Below are positions 20,570-31,512 of a DNA stretch of 64,000 nt, in pieces. Source of the DNA: Candidatus Poribacteria bacterium (lineage in GTDB: Bacteria; Poribacteria; WGA-4E; PCPOR2b); assembly GCA_965198175.1 (NCBI GenBank), contig OZ240245.1, positions 2,688,001 through 2,752,000 of the forward strand. Reading direction: 5' to 3'. The translations under genes and the position numbers were made by a program. Below the pieces are notes generated by a model. The model made no database searches. It was not told the origin of the DNA and saw only the letters and a program-made list of their open reading frames with translations. Each line of letters begins with the position of its first letter. Within the stretch, counting starts at the first letter, position 1.

Positions 20570-21391
20570 TCAGATTAATAAATGAACGCATGAACGATTC
20601 GATGGCTGCAGCACGGCATTGATCTGCTTACGGATGTGTTCGGAGGTATAGCGCCTCGAAAAATGCGTCAAGATTATATGTTCGCTTTCAAACGACTGAA
20701 GCAACATGGGTAAGGTGTCGAGATGGAAGTGCATCGTTTTCTTTGCATGTTCTCGATGTTCTGGCATCAGAAATGTACATTCACAGATTAAAACTCGACA
20801 CTGGCTAAGCAGTGGGTGAGAGGAAAGCGGAATGCTTTGTGTATCCCCCAAGTAGGCGATTAGTGGCAGTTCAATCCGAGTCGTAACCTCCACTCCCGAC
20901 CGCCGCAACTGAGCAATTTCGACTCCCGGCAAACCGTGAAATTCAGGTTTCAACTTCTGTCGGGTTTCACAAATCAGATATCCTACGGCTGGAACCCCGT
21001 GATCGCCTGGCAAGACATGCGCCACAAGGTTCCGGCGAAAAGGAATTATATCACCAACCTGTACCCCTGTGAGATGATAATCCCATCCCATTCCGCAATC
21101 TAATACAGCTATCTCATCCAAAATGCGCCTAAGCTGCTCTATCCCCTCGCTCGGAACACAAATCTCACCTGGTGGGATTCCTGCAAGCCAACGTTGGCTG
21201 ATATATATGGGTAAGCCAAAATAGTGGTCTAGATGAAAATGCGATATGAAGACGTGCCCCGTCCCGATAAAATTCATCGGGCACCGTCCCAAGTCAAAGA
21301 TTAAATCTAGCTCTCTTACCCGTAGATAAGTTGCGATTGCCGAACTTGATTCGCCTTCAATCGTTAAATTTCCACACCGCAATAATGACAT
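20570..21391 (-). CDS. Metallo-beta-lactamase fold hydrolase, RNase Z-like (short-arm type)
   Basis: SHFHLDH, KLKPEF.GL.G.EI..LR..G, YLGDT, ECTF and LTHFSRRY motifs. Confidence 0.8.
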   Translation of the reverse strand: MSLLRCGNLTIEGESSSAIATYLRVRELDLIFDLGRCPMNFIGTGHVFISHFHLDHYFGLPIYISQRWLAGIPPGEICVPSEGIEQLRRILDEIAVLDCGMGWDYHLTGVQVGDIIPFRRNLVAHVLPGDHGVPAVGYLICETRQKLKPEFHGLPGVEIAQLRRSGVEVTTRIELPLIAYLGDTQSIPLSSHPLLSQCRVLICECTFLMPEHREHAKKTMHFHLDTLPMLLQSFESEHIILTHFSRRYTSEHIRKQINAVLQPSNRSCVHLLI

Positions 21392-21559
21392 CTGACGTAA
21401 ATTTTCCTTGATTGCTTGTTATCCTTTCGTCATGACTAAGTATTACGCATCCTTCGCAGGGCTTTAAAATTTTCGACAATAAGATCGCTAACAACAGTCG
21501 TGGTTGTGATTACAGGAGAGCCTTCGATGATACTTTTTTTGATAATTCCCTATTCCTAA

Positions 21560-22513
21560 TCATGCTAAGGCACCACCACAAGATGATCCAGATCCAGCTG
21601 TGCATCCGAAACAATGCAGTCCAGTCATTATTCTCCGGTGGATAAATAAGGCAGGATCGAAGTCCCTGATATGTTGCGGGAAATCTTTTCCTACTGGAAG
21701 TTTAAGTGCTAAGTTGAAATCACAATCGTACAATTGCCCATCCCACCCAACACTAATCTGGTGCCGACACATCAGCTCATCCAGCGTAGCCGAATTGAAA
21801 CTATCTCGCAGCAGTTGGTTATACGCTTCAATCTTATTCTCTCGTTTTAGATCGCTGCGAAAGCGACCAATGGGCATATTTGCAATTGTCAGGAGATGGG
21901 AAAATTCTATCCCATATTGTGATTTCAATTGCTGTTTATAGTCTTTCTCAAGTTCAGATTGGTCCGGTGGAAGCGTCGAACCTACCGGGTTATAGACGAG
22001 ATTCAGAGGGAGATGGGCTTCCATCCCATACCCGCAAGTGTTGAGCAGCTTCAGTGCTCGTATACTGTCCTCAAAGACACCAGTCCCTCGCTGTTCATCG
22101 ACGTTTTCTTCAAGGTAACAAGGTAAAGACGCGCAAAGTTGAATCTCTTGCTCTCGAAAAAAAAATGGCATCGTCTCAAAACCTGGCTGAAGCAAAATCG
22201 TGAGATTTGTTCGCACCAAAACAGGAAACCCTTTTCCCCGCAATTTCCTTACAAATCGACGAAAGAACGGGTGCATTTCTGGCGCGCCACCGGTGATATC
22301 CACGAGTTTCGCGCTCGATTCCTCTGCAGCAGTTATCACGCATTCCATCGTGTCCCAATCCATCATCTCTTTCCGGCGTGGTGAGGAAACTACGTGACAG
22401 TGGGCGCACTCCAGATTACACTTGAGCCCAATATTCACCTGGATAGTCTCAATACCCAAACTATTTAGCCCTTCTCCATTGTAGTTCGAGATTTCCTTGT
22501 CAAATGTATTCAT
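21560..22513 (-). CDS. arsS: Arsenosugar-biosynthesis-type radical SAM protein (ArsS/DUF3641 family)
   Basis: CNLECAHC, DITGGAPE, SLPCY..NVD.QRG, YDCDFN and a C-terminal HCFGCTAGSGSSCGG. Confidence 0.85.
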   Translation of the reverse strand: MNTFDKEISNYNGEGLNSLGIETIQVNIGLKCNLECAHCHVVSSPRRKEMMDWDTMECVITAAEESSAKLVDITGGAPEMHPFFRRFVRKLRGKGFPVLVRTNLTILLQPGFETMPFFFREQEIQLCASLPCYLEENVDEQRGTGVFEDSIRALKLLNTCGYGMEAHLPLNLVYNPVGSTLPPDQSELEKDYKQQLKSQYGIEFSHLLTIANMPIGRFRSDLKRENKIEAYNQLLRDSFNSATLDELMCRHQISVGWDGQLYDCDFNLALKLPVGKDFPQHIRDFDPALFIHRRIMTGLHCFGCTAGSGSSCGGALA

Positions 22514-22741
22514 CGCTTTAACCTTCCTTATTCGTTGAAAATCCATTGAAAATAACCTAGCGATTTGGTAAAATACCCTGCCGGTCATAGTAAGTATCGT
22601 CGTTTTTATCGCGGATGCAAGATTTTCTTACCCGCAAAGAACATAACTCTAACTTAAGAAATCCACCGAATCACATCTCACAGGATTAAACACTTTTGAA
22701 AGGTTTTAGACCTTAAAAAGGTTTCATAAGATGGAGGGGTC

Positions 22742-23605
22742 ATGAACGTTAAAATCGGAGTAATTGGCGGCACAGGATTTTATCAGATGGAGGGTTTAAC
22801 AAACATTGAAAATATTGAAGTGGATACACCCTTTGGACAACCGAGCGATTCGTTAACCGTGGGCGTGATTGAAGGAAAACGCGTCGCATTTCTGCCTCGT
22901 CACGGTGTGGGGCATCAACTTCTCCCCTCAGAGATAAATGTACGCGCTAACATCTACGCTTTGAAAAGTTTAGGAGTGGAGTGGATTATCTCTGTGAGCG
23001 CAGTAGGTAGCCTCAAGTCTGAGATTGAGCCACGCCACTTCGTTATTCCTGACCAACTTTATGATCACACAAAAAATCGAATTAACACCTTCTTCGGTGA
23101 GGGAATCTCCGCCCACGTCAGCCTTGCCCAACCATTTTGCCACATCTGCGGCCAACTCTTGTATCAAAGCGCCACCGAGATTGACGCAATAGTTCACGTG
23201 GGTGGCACGTACATCTGTATGGAGGGCCCCGCCTTCTCGACACAAGCCGAGTCAAATGTTTATAGACAACTTGGCTTCGACGTGATTGGTATGACGGCTG
23301 CACCCGAAGCCAAACTTGCCCGTGAAGCAGAAATCTGCTATGCCCTTCTTGCTTGTTCAACCGACTACGACTGTTGGCACACAGAACACGATTTCGTCAC
23401 AGCAGAGCTGATTTTTGAGAATCTAGCAGCGAATGTCGAGGTTGCCAAGCGCGTTGTCAAAGCAGTGATTCCCAAGATTCCGGATAAACGCGAAGGGTGT
23501 TCTTGCTCAAACGCGATTGAAAAGTCAATTGCAACAAACCCAACACTAATCCCTGAAGCAACCAAGCGTAAACTCGATTTGCTGATCGGCAAATATCTAA
23601 AGTGA
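22742..23605 (+). CDS. mtnP: S-methyl-5'-thioadenosine phosphorylase
   Basis: GVIGGTG, TPFGQPS, RHG, EGPAFST.AES, GMT..PEAKLAREA and TDYDCW motifs. Confidence 0.93.
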   Translation: MNVKIGVIGGTGFYQMEGLTNIENIEVDTPFGQPSDSLTVGVIEGKRVAFLPRHGVGHQLLPSEINVRANIYALKSLGVEWIISVSAVGSLKSEIEPRHFVIPDQLYDHTKNRINTFFGEGISAHVSLAQPFCHICGQLLYQSATEIDAIVHVGGTYICMEGPAFSTQAESNVYRQLGFDVIGMTAAPEAKLAREAEICYALLACSTDYDCWHTEHDFVTAELIFENLAANVEVAKRVVKAVIPKIPDKREGCSCSNAIEKSIATNPTLIPEATKRKLDLLIGKYLK

Positions 23606-23781
23606 CGAGATTTGGATACGTCAGATAGAAAGTTAGGAGGGCGCAATCAACTCTACACGCGCTCCAAACGGTAAATCCTCATCTCCCACTTGCCAACAAT
23701 ATTCCGAATGGTGAAATGACCAACTTAAATGCCAAGTCATCTACTGGGAAATCACCCGAATGTGCATATCTCTTTCCCTTC

Positions 23782-25461
23782 CTACTCCCGAGTCAAAATA
23801 ATCGTGTCAATCCGGCGGTTCTTATCCCTGCCAGCTTTATTTCCGTTGCTCGCAATTGGATAATCTTCGCCTACACCAATAGATGTTATTCGTTCACTAG
23901 GCACTCCACCTTTTTCGGATAAATATTTCGTAAAGACGATTGATCGATTCTCCGTCAATTTGAGATTAATGTCGGTTTTGCCCACGCCGTCACTATGTGC
24001 TTCTACCCGCACTCGGTAATCAGCAAACGTATTAAGAATCTCAGCAAACTGTTGAAGCATTGGCAAATATTTTGGATTAATTTCCGAACTTCCCGGCTCG
24101 AAGAGATTTCCGCTAAAACGGACTAGCACCCCTTTATCGATTTTTTTTGTTTCTGCCGCAGGAATGGCTTGCGTTGTGTTAAGAATGCGTGTTTCAACGG
24201 CTTCAATCTGCTTGGCTTTCTCAATGGCATTGGACAAAGTCTCTAGGCTTTGTTGCCCTAAGGCAGTGGCGTGTTTATAATTCGTGTTGGACAAAGCATC
24301 TTTGGCTTCCGCTAGCAGCGCAACCGCTTTTTTGTACGGTTCGGAAGCAAGGTTCGGCATCTCCGTTCCTCTTGCCCGGTTAATCCCTTCCTCTGCCTTG
24401 AAGATTGTGTCTTTAGCTTCGGCAATCCGTTCCTCCATTGCTTCTTTTGCAGACTGTTCACGTTCTATAACCTCGGCGACAGTATACGCTTCATGCCCAA
24501 TGCTTTCCGCCTGTACTGCCAACTGCAATGCCTGCTTATACTTTTCAGTTTTCAAGGCCAAAATCGCTCGTTCAAGAGTTGTTCTCGCCCGTTCAAAGAG
24601 CGTCTCAGCGTGTGCAAACGCGTTGACACTCTCCGCTCTGTCTATCTCGATTTGTGCGCGCATAATGGCGACTTTCGCGGCCGCGTAATCTTCGAGCTTT
24701 ACTAATCGCGCTGCCTTCACTCCGACGCGCGCTGCGATTCGGGAATTATTCGCACGCTCCTCCGCTCTAACAGCCACTGCATTGGCTTCATCGAATTTGT
24801 CTTGAACCAACAGGGCAAGCGCTTGACTGATGAGGTTTTCAGCAGCTTGATATCCATCAACATCATAGGTAGATGCTCCTTCCATCCTAGCGGTATCAAG
24901 CACAAGTTGCGCTTTACCGATCGCCAGTTGCGTTTGTGAGCTGAATCGGGCGTTCTGGGCGACTCGCCTCGCCGCATCGGCTTCAGCTTGAGCAGTTACC
25001 ATGTGCTGTTCAGCGCTCTCTGCTCTGGACAAGGTATGTCTTTCACGTTCTTCAGCAATTGTCTGCCCAGTTTCTGCGGTCTGAACCTTATATTCCATTT
25101 CCTTAGCCATCGTCTTCAATATATCCTCGCGACCTTGATTGATTCGATTTTGCGCAATCTTCTGGCGTGTTAGTGCACCTGCAACCCGCGCTTCTGTCTG
25201 GGCTTGAAATGCTAGTTCTAAGCTTTGGACGCCGTTGCCTGCCTGCTGAGCTTGCTGAGACTCCTGTACTAATTTTACCGCGTTTGCTAGTTGTTCTCCT
25301 GCATACTCTTCAGCACCCAAGAGTCGTGTGTCTGAAATGATGTTTTGGGCATCACGCAAGCTGGTGTCCAGCAGAGTGGGATTGATTTTGTCCGCACAGC
25401 CAATCCCCCCTCCCCAAATGGCAATCAAGCCGTACAACCATGAGAATCGTTTCGATCGCAC
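23782..25461 (-). CDS. OmpA-family peptidoglycan-binding lipoprotein with several DUF4398-like helical repeats
   Basis: Probable GTG start after GGAGG, Ala-rich repeats, and a C-terminal OmpA domain (AHSD..G...N.KL..R, NRRID). Confidence 0.85.
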   Translation of the reverse strand: MRSKRFSWLYGLIAIWGGGIGCADKINPTLLDTSLRDAQNIISDTRLLGAEEYAGEQLANAVKLVQESQQAQQAGNGVQSLELAFQAQTEARVAGALTRQKIAQNRINQGREDILKTMAKEMEYKVQTAETGQTIAEERERHTLSRAESAEQHMVTAQAEADAARRVAQNARFSSQTQLAIGKAQLVLDTARMEGASTYDVDGYQAAENLISQALALLVQDKFDEANAVAVRAEERANNSRIAARVGVKAARLVKLEDYAAAKVAIMRAQIEIDRAESVNAFAHAETLFERARTTLERAILALKTEKYKQALQLAVQAESIGHEAYTVAEVIEREQSAKEAMEERIAEAKDTIFKAEEGINRARGTEMPNLASEPYKKAVALLAEAKDALSNTNYKHATALGQQSLETLSNAIEKAKQIEAVETRILNTTQAIPAAETKKIDKGVLVRFSGNLFEPGSSEINPKYLPMLQQFAEILNTFADYRVRVEAHSDGVGKTDINLKLTENRSIVFTKYLSEKGGVPSERITSIGVGEDYPIASNGNKAGRDKNRRIDTIILTRE

Positions 25462-25533
25462 GTATACCGTTCCTCCCGGATTAAGATTGAAGCTCAAGAG
25501 AAGCCGTATTTTCCCCGTTCCTGTTTCCGTTCT

Positions 25534-25959
25534 TCACTGTTCAGGCGTTGATTTCAACTGCTCTAACTCCATTTCGGCTTGCTCCAACTCGCGCCTCGCT
25601 TTCTCCGTAGTTTGCATTTTCAATTCCAATTCTTTCTCCATTTTACGGGCTTGCTCTTCCATTCGATTGGCGATGGCAATTGATTCTGCTACCTTGGCTG
25701 CGAGATTGGCTCGCCTGCCAAGCCTATATGCTTCCTCTGGTTCTCCATTATGCAATGCTGACTCTGCCTGAGAGAGCATCTGTTCCGCATCTTCCAGCGC
25801 CTGGGTAGCTAAGTTTTGTGCATCAGCCGCTTGCGCTGAAATAATCTGTGCTCTGGCATCATGAATCACTCTCGCCGCATACCGACTTGACATACCGCAT
25901 CCGAGACTCACCACAATAACAACCCAACCGAAACCTGCAATTACTACCCGCTGTTTCAT
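25534..25959 (-). CDS. DUF4398-like lipoprotein
   Basis: Lipobox SLGC and an Ala-rich helical domain, directly upstream of the OmpA gene. Confidence 0.75.
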   Translation of the reverse strand: MKQRVVIAGFGWVVIVVSLGCGMSSRYAARVIHDARAQIISAQAADAQNLATQALEDAEQMLSQAESALHNGEPEEAYRLGRRANLAAKVAESIAIANRMEEQARKMEKELELKMQTTEKARRELEQAEMELEQLKSTPEQ

Positions 25960-26358
25960 AAAATTTCCTACCTAACAACTGTATGTTGTATTATTTTTGG
26001 TAGTATATCCGCCTCAGGATATAGACTAGGTGTCATAACCGTTCAAGTTGATTTGAAGAACGTCCAACGCCTGAATCCCGCGCCAAGCGCGGGACGAGCG
26101 GCAACGGATGGTTTGGTAGGCGCGATTCGGCATAGTTTGCCGCAATCTATCGGAATCTACGACGTTTCCATCTCCGCAATGGGAAAAGTTCATTGAGACG
26201 TTTAGTTCAATGAGCAGCTAAGGCTGACTGCGCGCAAAAAAACTTCAATTTGTGATCTTTCACAGTATATCATACGCATGAAAATTGACAATCTCGAACA
26301 TTCATGTGGAAAGGACATCACAGGCTCCTGCATGAAATGCTTGATTCTTAAGCATGAC

Positions 26359-28026
26359 CTAGAGTCCCCTCAACCCTTCCCCCTCTTTTGCCACCAGAAA
26401 CCGGTCGCCTTGAACGTCTTTGAATTTCTCCACCAGATTGCTGGGCCATCGAATCTCCACGAGATCGGCTTTAGTGGAGTCGCCGAGTCCAAAGTGTAAC
26501 CGCATATCGCTGTGTGAGGGGTAACTCCCTCCACTTTTGACCTCACGAATCTGTGATTTTCCAGCAGCCACGACCTTGACTCGGGTACCGATGCCGCTTC
26601 GGTTGCTTCGCGTGCCGACTGTCGTAAAGCTAAGCCAGTGGTTTTGGTTGATGGTGTCATTTCTCAGAAGATCGGGCGCCTGATGCGAATTAGTAATCAA
26701 GATGTCAATGTCTCCATCATTGTCATAATCCCCAAGGGCAGCACCGCGACTCACTTTCTTTAAAAGCAGTCCCGCGCCCGATAAATTGGATACATCGGCG
26801 AAACTACCGTCACCCTGGTTCCAAAACAACTGATTTTGCTGGGCGTATGTTATCGTTGGATTGATGGCTTGGATATTGTCGTCTATATGTCCCGTCGCCA
26901 CGAATAGGTCCACGTAACCATCGTTGTCAAAATCAGCGAAATCAGCGCCCCAAGCCAGACGCGAGAGCGTTGCCCCACCAATCTTAGAACGATATGTGAT
27001 ATCTGAAAAGAAACCATTCCTTTCGTTAGCGTAGACACTGTTGGGTTCGTCCTGGAAGTTCGTGATCAACAGATCAAACCAGCCGTCATTGTTAATGTCT
27101 CCAAAGACGGGAGCCATGCTGGAATATGCAATGCCCATTTCGCTGAGCGCAACTCCGCTAGAAAGCCCTACATCGGTGAATGTGCCATCCCCGTTATTCC
27201 GATACAGCCAGTCTGCTAACTTGTCGTTTGCAACAAATAAATCTAGATCCCTGTCGTTATCGTAATCGCACCAGATTACCCCCATCCCTTTGCCAGCTGG
27301 ATTAAACACACCAGCCTTGCGAGTCACTTCGGTAAACGTACCATCGCCGTTATTCCAATAGAGTACGCTTGATGTACCCTTGAAAGCCTCAGGCCCGCAG
27401 TGGGTCTGTAAGCCTAATGTGCCGCACTGCGGATTGTCTTCGATATCGTACTCCACGTAATTTGTGACAAACAAATCAAGCTTACCATCATTATCATAAT
27501 CAGCAAAGGCTGCAGAAACTCCCCACGATTCATCTCCAACGCCTGCACTTTCAGTCACGTCTGTAAAGCTGCCATCGCCGTTGTTGTGATAGAGGACATT
27601 CGGACCAAAGTTCGTAACGTAAAGATCAGGAAAACCGTCATTGTCATAATCGCCCACAGCGCAACTGAAGCCATAACTGCTCTCCTTAACACCCGCATCT
27701 TGGCTCACATCCGTGAAGCCGCCATCACAATCATTGCGATAAATCGCGTTCGTCGGTAAGTTGGCGGAGCGCATGCCAGGCAAGTCCGCTCCATTGACAA
27801 AATAGATGTCTATTTTCCCATCAAGATCGTAGTCAAACCACGCCGCGCCCGCGCCAAGAGTTTCGAGATAGTACTTCGCCCCACTGCGGCCATCTTCATG
27901 CCGAAAAAAGATACCAACTTGCGCTGTGGCTTGAGTAAAGCGCAGCTGTGCCATCACCGGAAAGACAGTGCACCAAGAAATCAGAAAACCAATTATGCAC
28001 CGCTTGTAGCGTTTCGTGTGTTGCAA
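26359..28026 (-). CDS. CRTAC1-family FG-GAP repeat protein with ASPIC/UnbV C-terminal domain
   Basis: Repeated DYDNDG..DL.V.N and LYxNNGDG.FTDV; C-terminal GGSY.S.SD.RLHFGLG...IRWP. Confidence 0.92.
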   Translation of the reverse strand: MQHTKRYKRCIIGFLISWCTVFPVMAQLRFTQATAQVGIFFRHEDGRSGAKYYLETLGAGAAWFDYDLDGKIDIYFVNGADLPGMRSANLPTNAIYRNDCDGGFTDVSQDAGVKESSYGFSCAVGDYDNDGFPDLYVTNFGPNVLYHNNGDGSFTDVTESAGVGDESWGVSAAFADYDNDGKLDLFVTNYVEYDIEDNPQCGTLGLQTHCGPEAFKGTSSVLYWNNGDGTFTEVTRKAGVFNPAGKGMGVIWCDYDNDRDLDLFVANDKLADWLYRNNGDGTFTDVGLSSGVALSEMGIAYSSMAPVFGDINNDGWFDLLITNFQDEPNSVYANERNGFFSDITYRSKIGGATLSRLAWGADFADFDNDGYVDLFVATGHIDDNIQAINPTITYAQQNQLFWNQGDGSFADVSNLSGAGLLLKKVSRGAALGDYDNDGDIDILITNSHQAPDLLRNDTINQNHWLSFTTVGTRSNRSGIGTRVKVVAAGKSQIREVKSGGSYPSHSDMRLHFGLGDSTKADLVEIRWPSNLVEKFKDVQGDRFLVAKEGEGLRGL

Positions 28027-28092
28027 ATTGAATACTGCATAAAATGGCAGTTCCTTCCTTCGATTATGCGTTTTCTTCTATTCCTCCCTTCC

Positions 28093-30006
28093 CTATTTTT
28101 CATTCACTCTGGCTTGTTGAATCGCTTTAAACCCTTCCAGATATAAAGAGTTGTAGGGTTGAAGCGCCAACGCTTCCTTCAAAGCCGCTTCCGCGTTTAC
28201 ATAGTCTCTGTTCAGATAGTAAATCCATGAGAGTGTATTGAAGTAGGCTGCCGAATCCGGTCGAAGTTCGACCGATTTCTGAGCTAGTTCGACCGCCTGA
28301 TCCAGGTGAATGCCTTGAACTCCATACAGATATGCGAGTCGTTCATAGGCTTTAGCTGACGAAGGCTGCAGGGCGATTGCGCGTTCATACACTTCTTTTG
28401 CCAGAAAAAACTTCTCCTGCTCCAAATAAATATCACCCAGATAATTGTGCGCATCGCCTATGTTAGGCTGCGCTTTCACCGCAGCATTCAGCCGTTCAGC
28501 TGCCTTATCCAGACGTTGTTCCCGAAGTGCAATTATTCCGAGAGCATAATGAGCCTCCGCGAAATTGGGGTCTTTCTTGAGCACTTCCTGATATTGGCGA
28601 CTCGCCTGGTGGAGTTTTCCCTCACGCAAATATAATTTCCCGAGCACAAGCCGAACTGGCGTTTGATCCGGCTGAAGAGATAAGAGTCTTTCATAAGCCT
28701 CTGCGGCCTGCTGAAAGCGGGAGAGTTTGAAGGCGATACTCCCCATGTTCAGCAATGCCTCTGGGAAATCGGGTTGCAATTCGATTGCGTTACGATATGC
28801 TGAGAGAGCGAGATTATAGTCCTCTTCACTTTGGGAAATCTCAGCTTGTTTGAGCCAAATTAGTCCCAGACCGGCGTGTGCTGCGGCCATCTGAGGTTTT
28901 AACTCGATTAGCCTCCGCTGTGCCTTGAGTGCTTTCTCAAATCGTCCCTGCATCGCGTGGACATAGCCTAGCCCGTTATAGGCATCCGCTAGATTTGGAT
29001 CGTGCCATAGGGCTTTTTGAAACTTCAGAATTGCTTCGTCAAACTTCTTCTCCTTCACGTATCGTTGGCCGAGATTGAGGAAAGCCACAGCCGTCTCGGC
29101 GGTTTGAGTAAAGGCGTCGCGTTGTACTTCAAATTGGATTGATGCAGCCTTCAACTGCTCAAACCTTCTCATCTCTGTCGTCGCTTCAGCCGTTTTGCCC
29201 TGTTTAAAATATAACTGTGCCAACTGATAACGTACTTCAGGCAATTGTGGATTCAGACGAATTGCCTCACGAAGTGCGCGCTCTGCCGCATCCCACCGCT
29301 GTCCTTTTACGTAAGCGACCCCGAGCTGGAAATACACCTCCGCCCTAGAAGAATCTATCTCAACAGCTCGCAGCCAACACTCAGTGGCTTTGTCAAGAAG
29401 TCCACGCTGGAACGCAATAAGACCAAGAAAGTAGCAGACGCCCGCTGGTGACAGCACATCCATAGTCGCGTTCCATTCTTGGCTTTCACTCCTAAAAGGG
29501 GAAGGGGATACGATATACTGCGGAGTGTCCAAAGACAACATCAACGTACGCGCCTTTGTGAAAGCAATCTCAGCCTCTTCGTGATTGTGTCGCCGGAAGT
29601 GAGACAACCCCAAAGCCGCGTACGCCTCTCCCCAATCAGGAAATACCTGAAGTGCTCGCTGAAACACGTCGATAGATCGTTCATTTTTCTCCTGCAGAAA
29701 ATAGATTCCTCCCAACCAATAATACCCGGCTGCGTCCTGCGGGGCTAAATGCACCACGTTTTCGAATGCTGCTTCAGCCTGTTCCATGGAAGCAACAGCT
29801 AGATAAACGAAGCCAAGCTTCAGATGCGCCTTTGCTGACATTGGGTTTTCATCAATATCCCGCTGGTATCGCGCTGCGATTTCAGCAAAATCCACCCCAA
29901 CTCTTGCCTGGGTGAATGGCGTCCAGGCTATCCCCACAAAGACAACCAACACCAAGTTGGAGACATAGAACTTGTTATTTTTGTTGTGAAAGGCAAGTGG
30001 AGGCAT
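28093..30006 (-). CDS. Exported TPR protein
   Basis: N-terminal hydrophobic segment and about 14 TPRs. Confidence 0.88.
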   Translation of the reverse strand: MPPLAFHNKNNKFYVSNLVLVVFVGIAWTPFTQARVGVDFAEIAARYQRDIDENPMSAKAHLKLGFVYLAVASMEQAEAAFENVVHLAPQDAAGYYWLGGIYFLQEKNERSIDVFQRALQVFPDWGEAYAALGLSHFRRHNHEEAEIAFTKARTLMLSLDTPQYIVSPSPFRSESQEWNATMDVLSPAGVCYFLGLIAFQRGLLDKATECWLRAVEIDSSRAEVYFQLGVAYVKGQRWDAAERALREAIRLNPQLPEVRYQLAQLYFKQGKTAEATTEMRRFEQLKAASIQFEVQRDAFTQTAETAVAFLNLGQRYVKEKKFDEAILKFQKALWHDPNLADAYNGLGYVHAMQGRFEKALKAQRRLIELKPQMAAAHAGLGLIWLKQAEISQSEEDYNLALSAYRNAIELQPDFPEALLNMGSIAFKLSRFQQAAEAYERLLSLQPDQTPVRLVLGKLYLREGKLHQASRQYQEVLKKDPNFAEAHYALGIIALREQRLDKAAERLNAAVKAQPNIGDAHNYLGDIYLEQEKFFLAKEVYERAIALQPSSAKAYERLAYLYGVQGIHLDQAVELAQKSVELRPDSAAYFNTLSWIYYLNRDYVNAEAALKEALALQPYNSLYLEGFKAIQQARVNEK

Positions 30007-30257
30007 CTCATGTCTTCGTGAACGTATGGTTCTATCTCAACAAGCAATAAGTCAACACCCACATCTACTTCATCCGGGGCGATTTAGGAAACTTCAAATT
30101 TGATTTAGTCTTTCCTCTCTGCTGCGAGAGAGTATTATAGATTGCGGCTGTTGAGTTTGGTGTGGATTCGTGTCATCGGTAATTATAGCATGACGCCCAA
30201 AAGGAGATCAAGCGTGAAAATTAAATCGCAGCTTTAGCCCATCCGGCTAATTTTCGA

Positions 30258-30286
30258 TTGACACCAGTTTTCTTTTTTGCTAAGCT
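30258..30286 (+). promoter_or_regulatory. Sigma70-type promoter
   Basis: TTGACA-N17-TAAGCT with TG extension. Confidence 0.6.
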
Positions 30287-30401
30287 GACAAAACACCATC
30301 AACAAAGCCCATTACCCGAAAAACAAGATGCGCCATGTCAAGAGCAAATGCTTTAGCCTATCAATGCGTTGGTCTTATTGAATCCAATAAGGAGCTTCAT
30401 C

Positions 30402-31187
30402 ATGCCTAACTTCAAACTAACACAACAACAACTAAATTTCATGGATACCTTTGGTCATCTGCACTTTCCCGGTCTGCTTAGTGACCGGATTGACCAGATT
30501 ATCGAAGCCTTTGAACAAGTTTGGTTGGATTTAGAAATAGAACACCCTGAAACACAGCGTACTTACATTGTACCGTTCATCGGACAAAGTGAATATCTCA
30601 GTTCGCTCCTTGATGATGATCGAATCGATGGCATTTTCAGCAGCATTCTAGGTGAGGACTATGTGTACTTGGGTAGTGACGGGAACTTCTACAGCGGTGA
30701 TAGCGGATGGCATTCCGATGGCGGCTGGCCGCGTCCGATTCGTTACTGCAAAATGGCGCTCTACCTTGACCCGCTGACTGCTAATACGGGCGCTTTGCGA
30801 TTCATCCCCGGCAGCCACAGATACGGAGAACTGTACGCTGAGACGATACAGCAGGGGGTTGCTACCTTAGGAGAAACCTATGGAATCGATGGTCCCGCTG
30901 TTCCCGCAGTTGCAATGGAGACACAGCCGGGAGATGTTGTCATATTCAACCAAGGCTTGAAACACGGTTCATGGGGAGGTAGCACGCAGCGTCGCATGTT
31001 TACGATTAACTGTAGTTATCGGTATAAAGAAGATCAGATGGATCTTCTGCGGAAAGAGGTCGGCATGACAATAGGTCGCGGCGGCAGGATTTACGGGGAA
31101 AAAATGCTCGCGACAGCAGGCTCACGGCGGCTCGTACATCTTGAACAGCCTTTAGCTATAGCACCTGACGGCGTGCCTTCGGGCTAG
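30402..31187 (+). CDS. Phytanoyl-CoA dioxygenase (PhyH) family protein
   Basis: WHSD (HxD), GALRFIPGSH and PGDVVIF...H motifs; RBS AAGGAG. Confidence 0.9.
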   Translation: MPNFKLTQQQLNFMDTFGHLHFPGLLSDRIDQIIEAFEQVWLDLEIEHPETQRTYIVPFIGQSEYLSSLLDDDRIDGIFSSILGEDYVYLGSDGNFYSGDSGWHSDGGWPRPIRYCKMALYLDPLTANTGALRFIPGSHRYGELYAETIQQGVATLGETYGIDGPAVPAVAMETQPGDVVIFNQGLKHGSWGGSTQRRMFTINCSYRYKEDQMDLLRKEVGMTIGRGGRIYGEKMLATAGSRRLVHLEQPLAIAPDGVPSG

Positions 31188-31512
31188 AGCGGTTCGACAT
31201 AATCACGCTGCCCTAATGATTGGATTGCGCTCTGATAATCTACTCATGTTACCTTGCACAGACGAGATGTTTAAGCAATTCAATCATGATAATTGGTTCA
31301 ACTAATCCCATTTGACGGGTAATTGTTTCGAGTGCAATTCTCAACGGACGGTTTTTCGTTCTAGCAGCCATAGAATTCTAGTTTGTGTCTGCGTTAGCCG
31401 TTTCAACCGTCGTGATTATCTTTAGACGCCCTATCTGCTGCTGTAAGTGGCTGCGGGACGATAACACACTAGTTCTTAATAAGTTACACTGTGGCAACAA
31501 GGAAAACAAACT

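Noticed and set aside
21560..21610. Selenocysteine in the ArsS C-terminus
   Set aside because: The Cys positions use ordinary TGT/TGC codons and the only TGA is the terminal stop.
26062..26121. Integron attC site (GTCCAAC...GGTAGGC with a GC hairpin)
   Set aside because: The R' box lacks GTT, the arms pair poorly, it is a single copy and there is no integrase. It is more likely a plain hairpin.
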